From an uncultured Bacteroidales bacterium (GTDB lineage: Bacteria; Pseudomonadota; Alphaproteobacteria; Rs-D84), in contig CAZEWI010000001.1 of NCBI GenBank assembly GCA_964514455.1, forward strand, positions 1-40,816: a stretch of 40,816 bases of DNA, given 5' to 3'. This document shows, piece after piece, positions 18,668 to 27,101 of this stretch. The notes under the pieces were generated by a model. That model was not told the DNA's origin, ran no database searches, and saw only the letters and a list, made by a program, of their open reading frames with translations. Positions within the stretch are counted from its first letter, which is position 1. Each line of letters opens with the position of its first letter. Position numbers and translations under genes: made by a program.

Positions 18668-18799
18668 ATGAAAATTTTAAGATCTCTTAAAGGATGGAAA
18701 AAACGCGGTAAAATTAAACAAATTCGCCGTGGAAAACAGGTTATTTTAATGGACCCAACTAATCCTAGATTTAAGGCAAAACAAGGACAAAAGAAATAA
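18668..18799 (+). CDS. rpmJ: 50S ribosomal protein L36, Zn-free (C-minus) type
   Basis: MKILRSLK...IRRGKQV...NPRFKAKQG with no Cys; start at ATG 18668. Confidence 0.88.
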   Translation: MKILRSLKGWKKRGKIKQIRRGKQVILMDPTNPRFKAKQGQKK

Positions 18800-18821
18800 G
18801 TCTTGTTTTTTTTATAAATTT

Positions 18822-18851
18822 AAATGCCTATATTATTTTATAGGCATTTTT
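18822..18851 (+). terminator. Rho-independent terminator after rpmJ
   Basis: AAATGCCTATA-TTATTT-TATAGGCATTT followed by T residues. Confidence 0.75.
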
Positions 18852-18935
18852 ATTTATCTTTTTTAATTTTATTCTTGCTTTATTATAGTTTTTTTTGTAT
18901 TACTAATAATGTGAAGAAAATAAAAGGAGAAAATT

Positions 18936-19589
18936 ATGAAAACACAAAACATAAATATAAAAAATTTATCTGAAAATAAAAAGAAATGGGGAAAACTAAT
19001 AATTATAATCCTCATTCTAATTGGTCTACTTGTCCTTGGATCTTATCTGTTTGGTTCTAAATCTGGAAAAATAGATTTGTCCGATGTTTCGACTGAGGCT
19101 GTTTCTGGTGCTGATTTAAGAATGGCTGTTCTTAGAATGGATTTAATTCAAGAAGAAGCAACTGTCTTAAAAGATTTACGTAATCAACGCGAATCAATGG
19201 AGAAAAAATTAAAATCAGAATTTGAAAGAACTCAAAAGGCTCTTGAATCAGAGAAAAAAGAAATTGAATCAGAACAAAGTGTTCTTTCAAGAGAGGCTTT
19301 ATCTAAAAAAATAAACGAATACCAAAATAAAGTTGCTAATTTCCAAAGAAGTGTTGCTGAAAAAGCCCAAGGATTAGAAACTGCTTATCAAAAAGCTTTA
19401 TCTGAAATTCAAAAAGATCATTTAGATCCCGTTGTTGATGCTATCTCAGAAAAAAAACAATTAGACCTTGTTCTTGATGGTCGTTTTTCAAAGGTATCCA
19501 AAGCATCTGCTACAAAGTTAGATATAACTCCTGATGTTATCAATGTGTTAAATAAAAAAGTATCTAAAGTTCATTTGGGATCTATCTAA
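18936..19589 (+). CDS. skp: OmpH/Skp family periplasmic chaperone
   Basis: MAVLRMDLI N-strand, long coiled coil, AISEKKQLDLVLD...DITPDVINVLNKK C-terminus; lies upstream of lpxD. Confidence 0.85.
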   Translation: MKTQNINIKNLSENKKKWGKLIIIILILIGLLVLGSYLFGSKSGKIDLSDVSTEAVSGADLRMAVLRMDLIQEEATVLKDLRNQRESMEKKLKSEFERTQKALESEKKEIESEQSVLSREALSKKINEYQNKVANFQRSVAEKAQGLETAYQKALSEIQKDHLDPVVDAISEKKQLDLVLDGRFSKVSKASATKLDITPDVINVLNKKVSKVHLGSI

Positions 19590-19599
19590 GGAGTATCTT

Positions 19600-20421
19600 T
19601 TGAAATATATACCAATTTCAATTTGTATTTTACTCGCTGGGTGTCAATCTTCTGACTACTCAGCGAGCGATGTTGATAATATATCTATGGGCTCTACTGG
19701 TGAATTATATGGTTATCAAGTAGATGTTTCGGATACCGATAAATATATGTTTGTAAAAAATAATAAAGATGATGTTATTCAGGTTAAAATTAGAGAAGTT
19801 GTAGAAAAACAACCTAGGAACTGGATTGAAAAAATGGAAAATTGTCCCCTTGATACAGTTAGAGAATGTCTAGTCTGGCTTAGAAAAGAACCTGTTAAAG
19901 AGACACTATATTTAGAAGACAATATTAAATATAATGATGTCAATTATGTTATAGAATATGATGAAAATATATCAGGACAAAAAAAAGAACTAAAAGGACT
20001 TGTTGAAAGATATAAACTTTTATTGAAATTATCACGAGTTTGTTGTGTTGAAAATATTTTGAACCAGATGGATATTATGAATATAGATAAAAATTTAATT
20101 TATAAGTTTTTAGAAGATGATGCTATGTTTTATAATCTTGGTTCTAGATGTATATTCACTAATTCTAATAAAAATATTGATGTTGAAAAAATAAATATGA
20201 TTGAATTGGCTGAAAATGCTAAAAGAAGTTGTGTCTGTAAAAATGCAAAAAAAATTCAAGAGGTTATAAAACCTTTTGATAGGGTTTATGCCGAAAATCC
20301 AAAATTTATGGATAAGGTATTTGTTGTATCTATAACTGATGGTTTAAACAGAACAAATCAATATGATATCAATTACGATATTAAAAACATTAAAAGACAA
20401 TTACAGTCTTGTGTAAAATAA
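19600..20421 (+). CDS. Hypothetical Cys-rich lipoprotein, 273 aa
   Basis: TTG start after AAGGAG; lipobox LAGC; eight mature Cys including CC and CxC. Confidence 0.8.
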   Translation: MKYIPISICILLAGCQSSDYSASDVDNISMGSTGELYGYQVDVSDTDKYMFVKNNKDDVIQVKIREVVEKQPRNWIEKMENCPLDTVRECLVWLRKEPVKETLYLEDNIKYNDVNYVIEYDENISGQKKELKGLVERYKLLLKLSRVCCVENILNQMDIMNIDKNLIYKFLEDDAMFYNLGSRCIFTNSNKNIDVEKINMIELAENAKRSCVCKNAKKIQEVIKPFDRVYAENPKFMDKVFVVSITDGLNRTNQYDINYDIKNIKRQLQSCVK

Positions 20422-20447
20422 TTTTGTACATATAAAGGATTTTGAAA

Positions 20448-21506
20448 ATGTTTAATTTTATAAAAAGTTTTTTCGTGCCTAAATCAAATATAGTTATGAC
20501 CGCTGGTGAATTAGCAAAAAAATTAGATATAGATATTAAAGGAAATCCAGATATTATAATTGATAAATGTGCATCTATCGTTGATGCTAAATTTGGTTCT
20601 ATTAGTTTTTATTCTAGAGAAAAAAATAGCGACAATTTTAAGATACTTCCAATTGATATGTTGAAAAACACAAAGGCTTCGGTAATTGTTCTTGATGAAG
20701 CAGATAAAAAATATGCACCTAAATCAGCAACTCTACTTTTTGCTAAAAGTCCGAGATTGGTTTTTGGAAAAATACTTACAATTTTTTATGCTGATCCTAA
20801 AAAAGTTGGTATTCATAAGTCTGCTGTCATTGCTCGTGGTGTTATATTCAAAGATAAAAAATCAGTGTATGTTGGACCAAATGTCGTAATTGAAATGGGG
20901 GCTGTTATTGGACCAAATGTTAGTATTGAAGCAAATTCTTATATAGATAGATTCGTTTCTATTGGTGAAAGTACTAGAATACATTCAAATGTTAGTATTT
21001 CTAATGCTATAATTGGAAAAAATTGTGTTATTTATCCTGGGGCTAGAATTGGTCAATCTGGCTTTGGATACACTGTTCAAAATGGTAAAAATGAGCCAAT
21101 TCAACATCTTGGAAAAGTCATATTGAATGATTTTGTTGATGTCGGTGCTAATGCTTGTATTGATAGGGGGGCATTAGATGATACTATTATTGGAGAAGGA
21201 ACTAAATTAGATAATATGGTTCATATTGCTCATGGGGTTAAATTTGGTAAGTATGGATTTGTTGCAGGAGAAACAGTTCTTGCTGGTGGGGTTGTTGTGG
21301 GAGATTATGTTTTTATTGGTGGAAACTCATCTATTTCTAATAAAATAAAAATTGCAGATAGAGCAAAAGTTGCAGGACATACAGGAGTAATGAAAAATGT
21401 TGAATCAGATACTAGTGTTGTTGGCTTTCCTGCTCGTTCATCTGGAGAATTTTTTAGAGAAATAGTATTATTAAAAAAAATGATAAATAAGGACGAAAAA
21501 AAATGA
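20448..21506 (+). CDS. lpxD: UDP-3-O-(3-hydroxyacyl)glucosamine N-acyltransferase
   Basis: Hexapeptide repeats, IGQSGFGY, IDRGALDDTIIGEGTKLDNMVHIAHG; ATG 20448 fits SD spacing better than TTG 20442. Confidence 0.96.
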   Translation: MFNFIKSFFVPKSNIVMTAGELAKKLDIDIKGNPDIIIDKCASIVDAKFGSISFYSREKNSDNFKILPIDMLKNTKASVIVLDEADKKYAPKSATLLFAKSPRLVFGKILTIFYADPKKVGIHKSAVIARGVIFKDKKSVYVGPNVVIEMGAVIGPNVSIEANSYIDRFVSIGESTRIHSNVSISNAIIGKNCVIYPGARIGQSGFGYTVQNGKNEPIQHLGKVILNDFVDVGANACIDRGALDDTIIGEGTKLDNMVHIAHGVKFGKYGFVAGETVLAGGVVVGDYVFIGGNSSISNKIKIADRAKVAGHTGVMKNVESDTSVVGFPARSSGEFFREIVLLKKMINKDEKK

Positions 21507-21949
21507 TGAAAATAAAAAAGACTATGATTCAAGATGATATAAAAAAAAGAATACCACATCGCGATCCTTTTTTATTAGTTGATTCTGTTGATATTATGGA
21601 AGATGAAATACATTGTGTAGGTCATAAAACTTTTACAGGAAATGAATTTTGGTCAAAAGGACATTTTCCAGGAAATCCAATTATGCCAGGAGTTTTAATT
21701 TTGGAAGCAATGGCTCAAACAGCATCTGCTGCAATTTTTGAAGTATTAAATTCTCCTCTTGAAAAAAATATGGGCTTTTTTGCGACTATTGAAAAAGTTA
21801 GATTTAGAAAACCTGTTTTACCAGGAAATAAAATTGTTATGAATATAGTTAAATTATCTCATAAATTAAATCTGTGGAAATTTAGTGGATCTGCATTTGT
21901 TGGTGATGATTTAGTTGCTGAAGCGGTTTTTTCTGCTATGATGATATAA
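21503..21949 (+). CDS. fabZ: 3-hydroxyacyl-ACP dehydratase
   Basis: IPHRDPFLLVD, GHFPGNPIMPGVLILEAMAQ, RFRKPVLPG. Confidence 0.97.
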   Translation: MMKIKKTMIQDDIKKRIPHRDPFLLVDSVDIMEDEIHCVGHKTFTGNEFWSKGHFPGNPIMPGVLILEAMAQTASAAIFEVLNSPLEKNMGFFATIEKVRFRKPVLPGNKIVMNIVKLSHKLNLWKFSGSAFVGDDLVAEAVFSAMMI

Positions 21950-21966
21950 AATAATTTATTTTGTAT

Positions 21967-21995
21967 TTGTTTTTTTTTAGATTAGGTTCTATAAT
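21967..21995 (+). promoter_or_regulatory. Sigma70-type promoter for the ftsEX operon (predicted leaderless)
   Basis: TTGTTT, 17 bp, TATAAT, 6 nt before ATG 22002; no SD. Confidence 0.55.
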
Positions 21996-22001
21996 TAAAA
22001 T

Positions 22002-22928
22002 ATGCAATACGAAGATTTAATTTCAACAAAACAAGGAACATCGGAACAACCTGTGGTTATTTCTATGAAAGATGTTTCCGTTCGTTACGGTAAGGGCGAT
22101 ATTATTTTATCAGATATAAATTTTCATATTCGTCAAAAACAATTTTATTTTTTGACTGGTCCTTCGGGGGCAGGTAAAACAACTTTGATACGATTGATTT
22201 ATAATCTACATAAACAATGTGCAGGTAGAATCACTCTGTTTAATAAAAATACTATTGATTTAACAAGAGATGAACTTGCTGAACTTCGGCGTCATATGGG
22301 AATTGTTTTTCAGGGTTATTGTTTAATAAATTCTATGTCTGTTTTTGATAATATAGCATTGCCTTTGAAAATTATTAAAAGGCCTAGTGATGAAATAAAA
22401 AAAAGAGTTTTTGATATCTTAGATTGGATTGGTATGAAAAAATTTGCACGAGCAAATCCAAAAACTTTATCCGGAGGACAACAACAAAAAGTCGCTGTCG
22501 CTAGGGCTATTATAACAAATCCAAAAATTTTAATTGCTGACGAACCTACAGGAAATCTTGATGATGATAGTGCTAAAAAATTGATGCAATTATTTGTTGA
22601 TTTGAATGAAAAATTAGGCACTACAATTATAATCGCTACTCATAGTAAAAAACTTATGGAAGAATACAGATACCCTAGAATTTATGTAAATGATAAACAG
22701 GTTAAATTCAAAAAACCTTATGGTGAAGATATGACTGATTTAACCAAAACTACAGATATTTCTGATGTAGTAAACCCAGCAGTGAATTTGAATAATATAT
22801 TTCAACCTCAAACAAAAAAACCAGATGTTCAAAAGTTTTATAACAGTATGATGGAGAGAATTGAAAAACAAAATGAAAAATTTTCTGATGCATTAAAAAA
22901 TATAGGAGATAAAAAAGATGAGTTATAA
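22002..22928 (+). CDS. ftsE: Cell division ATP-binding protein FtsE with C-terminal extension
   Basis: Walker A GPSGAGKTT, GIVFQ, LSGGQQQKV, ADEPTGNLD, ATH; followed by ftsX. Confidence 0.93.
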   Translation: MQYEDLISTKQGTSEQPVVISMKDVSVRYGKGDIILSDINFHIRQKQFYFLTGPSGAGKTTLIRLIYNLHKQCAGRITLFNKNTIDLTRDELAELRRHMGIVFQGYCLINSMSVFDNIALPLKIIKRPSDEIKKRVFDILDWIGMKKFARANPKTLSGGQQQKVAVARAIITNPKILIADEPTGNLDDDSAKKLMQLFVDLNEKLGTTIIIATHSKKLMEEYRYPRIYVNDKQVKFKKPYGEDMTDLTKTTDISDVVNPAVNLNNIFQPQTKKPDVQKFYNSMMERIEKQNEKFSDALKNIGDKKDEL

Positions 22929-23793
22929 AACTGGATTTTTTCGTCTGAAAAATCAATCTCCATTTTTAATTATTATCTCTGGTTTAATGGTTTTTTTATC
23001 AGTTTTATGTCTGGCTATTGTTTTATCACTGAATGGTGCTGTTAGAGATTGGTCCAGAGAATGGCAAAATAATGCCACTATTCAAATTATACCTTCTTTT
23101 TCTGGGGGGCAATCATTATCTGATAGAGAAGAGCAATTAAAACAAATTTTCAAAGATCATAAAAAAATAATTAAAAAAATAGAATTGGTCTCTAATGAAA
23201 AAAAACAATCTCTTATAAGTCCTTGGGTTTCTGTTTCTTCTAGTCTAAATAATTATATGCCTGTTATGTATAATGTTGAATTCAAAGATAAAGCCAATCA
23301 ATCCGTATTCAAATCTAAAATAGAATCTATGGAAAATACTAAATTTATGACCCATCAAAAATGGCATAACGAAATGAATGAATTAGGTGTCAGAATTATT
23401 TTAGTTGCTTTATTTTTATTTGCTTGTGTTTTTTCTGTGGCAATGATTGCTGTAATTTACACTTGTAAAGCAAGTATGGAAATAAATAAAAGAGAAATTG
23501 AAATTTTTGATATTGTGGGTGCTTATGATAAATTTATTGCTAATCAATTTGCTAAAATGGTATTGTTTCAAACTCTAATAGGTGGAATAATCGGATTTTT
23601 AGGTGGAATACTGATTCTTGGAACTATGATTTCTGTTGTATCTAGGCAGCAAATTGGTTTAACTGGTATGATTCGTGCAGAAAGTTGGTTTGTTGGAGTC
23701 CTATTTTTAGTGCCAATTTTTATAAGTTATGCATCTGTAAAAATTGCCAAAAAAACAGTTCTTAAAAAATTACAAGAGATGGATAATGTGTAA
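22918..23793 (+). CDS. ftsX: Cell division permease FtsX
   Basis: TM1, large periplasmic domain, REIEIFDIVGAYDKFIANQF, three further TM helices. Confidence 0.9.
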   Translation: MSYKTGFFRLKNQSPFLIIISGLMVFLSVLCLAIVLSLNGAVRDWSREWQNNATIQIIPSFSGGQSLSDREEQLKQIFKDHKKIIKKIELVSNEKKQSLISPWVSVSSSLNNYMPVMYNVEFKDKANQSVFKSKIESMENTKFMTHQKWHNEMNELGVRIILVALFLFACVFSVAMIAVIYTCKASMEINKREIEIFDIVGAYDKFIANQFAKMVLFQTLIGGIIGFLGGILILGTMISVVSRQQIGLTGMIRAESWFVGVLFLVPIFISYASVKIAKKTVLKKLQEMDNV

Positions 23794-24322
23794 AAAATCA
23801 GGGTATATTTTTTTATTAGGATTATTTATTTTTCTCTTGGGAGGAATTATATTTTACGATTTAACTCCTAAAAAGGGAATTATTAAAGATGGTGATATTC
23901 TAGTTGTTCTTACTGGTGGAAAAGGCCGTATTCCTATCGCTGTTGAATTATTGAAAAGCAATCCTCATAATGCATTATTTATTTCTGGTGTAGGTGCTAG
24001 TCAAATTGCCGATGTTGTTGGTAATCCAGATTTACTAAAACGAATCGGATATGAACAAAATGCTAAAACAACCAGAGAAAATAGTTTTGAAGTGAATCAA
24101 TGGATAAATATGACAGGAGTCAATAGAATAGTCTTAATAACTTCTCAATATCATATGAATCGTAGTTTGTTGTTATTAAAAAGACAAATGCCTAATATAG
24201 AAATTATACCGTATCCTATTGGACAATTTAATATATCAAATCCTAGATTTTTCAAATTATGGGTTAGTGAGTATATTAAATATCTTTATGCTTTTTTACT
24301 TTATCATAGGGTTGAGTTATGA
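23786..24322 (+). CDS. YdcF/DUF218-family protein
   Basis: LVVLTGGKGRI, LFISGV, TTRENS, LITSQYHMNRS, SEYIKY; start at ATG 23786. Confidence 0.88.
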   Translation: MCKKSGYIFLLGLFIFLLGGIIFYDLTPKKGIIKDGDILVVLTGGKGRIPIAVELLKSNPHNALFISGVGASQIADVVGNPDLLKRIGYEQNAKTTRENSFEVNQWINMTGVNRIVLITSQYHMNRSLLLLKRQMPNIEIIPYPIGQFNISNPRFFKLWVSEYIKYLYAFLLYHRVEL

Positions 24323-24981
24323 ATTTAATTAAATCATTTTTATGGACTTGTAGTTTTTACGGATTTTTAACTTTGTATTCGCCAGTTGTTTTGTTTTGTC
24401 TGCCTTTCAAAAAAATCACAGAATACAATGCAAAATTTATAATGAATGCCTTGCTCTTTTTACTAAAATACACAGTCGGTATAACTTATAAAGTTTATGG
24501 AACTATTCCTAATCAGGCTATATTTGCTTCTAAACATATGTCTACTATGGACGTTATTCTATTATGTAAATTAGTTAAAAAGCCGGTATTTATTATGAAA
24601 AAAGAATTAGGATATGTTCCAATATATGGTTGGTTTTTTCTAAGACTTGGTTTTATATCTCTTGATAGAAAAAAAGGTGGAGCGGCAATGAGATTAGTCA
24701 AGGAACAAATGGAAAAACGAATCGCTGAAGGTTATAGCCCAATTATTTTTCCAGAAGGAACACGAGTTCTTCCTGGTGTTTCTAATCAATTTAAGAGAGG
24801 TATTTTATTTTTTGCTGAAAATCTAAATATAAAAATAGTTCCAGTTGGATTAAATACAGGCCTTTTTTGGAAAAAAAATCAGTTGTTGAAAAAATCTGGT
24901 GAAGTAAGTATTTATTTTGAACAACCCCAATCCTTGGATTTTGATTCTATAACCCAAGCAATTCAAAAGCATTCAGCATAA
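24319..24981 (+). CDS. plsC: 1-acyl-sn-glycerol-3-phosphate acyltransferase
   Basis: SKHMSTMD (HX4D), MKKEL, LDR, IFPEGTR. Confidence 0.9.
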   Translation: MNLIKSFLWTCSFYGFLTLYSPVVLFCLPFKKITEYNAKFIMNALLFLLKYTVGITYKVYGTIPNQAIFASKHMSTMDVILLCKLVKKPVFIMKKELGYVPIYGWFFLRLGFISLDRKKGGAAMRLVKEQMEKRIAEGYSPIIFPEGTRVLPGVSNQFKRGILFFAENLNIKIVPVGLNTGLFWKKNQLLKKSGEVSIYFEQPQSLDFDSITQAIQKHSA

Positions 24982-25044
24982 TCCATATTTTTTATTTATT
25001 CTAACCATAGGAATACTCTCCTAGGGATTTATGTAATTTTTTGA

Positions 25045-25073
25045 TTGAAATAAGATTTTATTTCTAGTAAAAT
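25045..25073 (+). promoter_or_regulatory. Sigma70-type promoter for the HTH gene
   Basis: TTGAAA, 17 bp, TAAAAT; SD AAGGAG. Confidence 0.5.
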
Positions 25074-25108
25074 TAGAATACGGAAACAATAAACAAAAGG
25101 AGTGAAAT

Positions 25109-25348
25109 ATGAACCACCTACAAATCTGGACAGCAATAGAACTTTTTGCTAAAGATCATGGAAAAACTGTGTCCGCTTTAGCCAGAATGTCGGGATTAGA
25201 CCCTACAACTTTTAACAAATCAAAAAGGTTGTCAGAAAATGGACAAGAAAGATGGCCATCAACAAACAGTATCTCAAAAATACTGAAAGCAACAAACAGC
25301 ACTTTCTCTGATTTTGCAAAATATTTTGAACAAAAAAATATCGCTTAA
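25109..25348 (+). CDS. Small helix-turn-helix regulator (alphaproteobacterial phage-repressor-like N-terminal domain)
   Basis: IW.AI...A...G...SALAR.SGLDPTTFNKSKR...G.ERWPST.SI.KIL signature. Confidence 0.85.
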   Translation: MNHLQIWTAIELFAKDHGKTVSALARMSGLDPTTFNKSKRLSENGQERWPSTNSISKILKATNSTFSDFAKYFEQKNIA

Positions 25349-25352
25349 ATTT

Positions 25353-25426
25353 TGGAGGCCGATACCGGAATCGAACCGATGTACAAGGATTTGCAGTCCT
25401 CTGCATAACCACTCTGCCAACCGGCC
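25353..25426 (-). tRNA. tRNA-Cys (GCA)
   Basis: GGCCGGT...ATCGGCC-T-CCA acceptor stem, anticodon loop CTGCAAA, GGTTCGATTCC T-arm, encoded CCA; 74 nt. Confidence 0.97.
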
Positions 25427-25486
25427 TCTGATTACTTAAATATTAAAGATTTTTATCTAATAGTCAAGCGGAAAATAGTCGGATTA

Positions 25487-26470
25487 TCATTTTTTAGTAG
25501 GGGTATAATCGTTAAGACACTCCTCAAACTCTAACATATCAAGGGGTAGTTCAGTTTGAAAATTTAGTTTTTCTTTTGTTATAGGGTGAATAAACTCCAA
25601 AGTATCTGCGTGTAATAATTGACCCCTATGTTCTTTCAAAAATTTCCAAAAGTCAGAGTTTATATCAATTTTCAACATATTATTTTTGTCTTTACCGTAT
25701 AAATCATCACCAATTAAAGGAAGTTTATTTGCAGATAAATGAACACGAATTTGGTGAGTTCTGCCTGTTTTTAATGTGCAATGAATTTTACTAACATTTA
25801 CCAATCCCCAAAAATCCATAAGTTCAATTTCGGTTTCTGCATATTTTCCACCTGTTTTTACCATACTCATTTTTTGGCGATTCTTAAAATGCCTGTCTAT
25901 ATTTCCAGTTATAGTCGCAGAGTCAGAATTTGGAACTCCCCAACAAAAGCAGGTATATTTTCTGATTAAATTATGCTCACTAAACATTTTTGTAAGTTCG
26001 TAATATGCTGAATCAGTTTTAGCAACGACTACAATTCCAGAGGTGTCTTTATCTATTCTATGAACGATTCCAGGACGATTTTCTCCGCCGATTTTTGATA
26101 GATGTCCATTAGTATGATGGAGCAACCCAGATGCCAATGTTAAATTGTCCAGATGCCCCGGACCTGGATACATTGTAAGTCCCCTAGGTTTATTTACTAC
26201 TATAATATCATCGTCTTCAAATAATATATCTAAATCAAGTTCTTTACCTTTTATATCAAGAGGTTCTTGCTCGGGAATATCAATTTCCAAAACATCATTT
26301 AACTTAGTTTTAATTGACAATTTATTTAGCATATTATTGTTTAATTTAATTTTATTTTGTTCTCCAAGATTTTGAATATTAGCACGAGAAATTTCAGGAC
26401 AAAAATCAGCAAGAACTTTATCTATACGTTGATTTATATATTCTTCATTTATAGTGAATGTTTTAATCAT
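25487..26470 (-). CDS. rluD: RluA-family pseudouridine synthase with S4 domain
   Basis: RIDKVLA (S4), VVNKPRG, RPGIVHRIDKDTSG, TGRTHQIRVH, GDDLYG, QLLHA. Confidence 0.93.
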   Translation of the reverse strand: MIKTFTINEEYINQRIDKVLADFCPEISRANIQNLGEQNKIKLNNNMLNKLSIKTKLNDVLEIDIPEQEPLDIKGKELDLDILFEDDDIIVVNKPRGLTMYPGPGHLDNLTLASGLLHHTNGHLSKIGGENRPGIVHRIDKDTSGIVVVAKTDSAYYELTKMFSEHNLIRKYTCFCWGVPNSDSATITGNIDRHFKNRQKMSMVKTGGKYAETEIELMDFWGLVNVSKIHCTLKTGRTHQIRVHLSANKLPLIGDDLYGKDKNNMLKIDINSDFWKFLKEHRGQLLHADTLEFIHPITKEKLNFQTELPLDMLEFEECLNDYTPTKK

Positions 26471-26472
26471 AT

Positions 26473-26982
26473 TTATTTCTCCGCTTCATTAAAAAACACT
26501 TCTGCCCTTGCAACAGAATCATTAGGTGGTGTTATTAAATACTTAAATTCAATATTTTGTTTTGAATCAATAAGAGGACTAGGAGGAATCATTGCAGATT
26601 GGTCTATAACTTCATTCTCTGCACTAAATAGTTTTATATTTATAGTCGGAATAGGCATAGTATTATTCGTAGGATTGGCAATTGTTCCAGAAACATTCAA
26701 CTTAAAAGAGCCGTCAAACTGAGGAACTGCCGTCAATTCGCTTAAAGTTATATAAAGATTATCAGAAACCCTAGATTTTATTACAAAAGCATAAATTGAT
26801 AAAACAATCAAAATAAATAATAAAATACAGATAATTTTAGGTTTTATGTTTGATTTTTTCGCTTTGTTTAGTCTTGTTTTTTTTTCAGTCCATATTTTTC
26901 CACAAACAACACACTCCAAAAGTTTTTTATCTTCTGGAATATCAAATTTAGTTTCACAATTAGGACAACAAACCGTTTTCAT
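26473..26982 (-). CDS. Zinc-ribbon / TM / DUF3426-like protein (ZitP-type architecture)
   Basis: CPNC-x14-CVVC-x3-W, basic linker, one TM helix, then V.GTIANPT....PIPTINIKL Ig-like domain. Confidence 0.8.
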   Translation of the reverse strand: MKTVCCPNCETKFDIPEDKKLLECVVCGKIWTEKKTRLNKAKKSNIKPKIICILLFILIVLSIYAFVIKSRVSDNLYITLSELTAVPQFDGSFKLNVSGTIANPTNNTMPIPTINIKLFSAENEVIDQSAMIPPSPLIDSKQNIEFKYLITPPNDSVARAEVFFNEAEK

Positions 26983-27101
26983 AAAATCTCCGTTTTTTTA
27001 TTATATTTTGTATTCTAAAATGTTTTTTATCTAATCGCAAGATTATTCTTTTTTTTTAATCAAATATGTGTTATAATCAACCAAAAGAAAGAGGATAATT
27101 T

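Noticed and set aside
18668-18799. Cys-free L36 as a sign of a zinc-starvation paralog
   Set aside because: The C-minus form is the ordinary L36 in many Alphaproteobacteria, and I recognised no Zur box.
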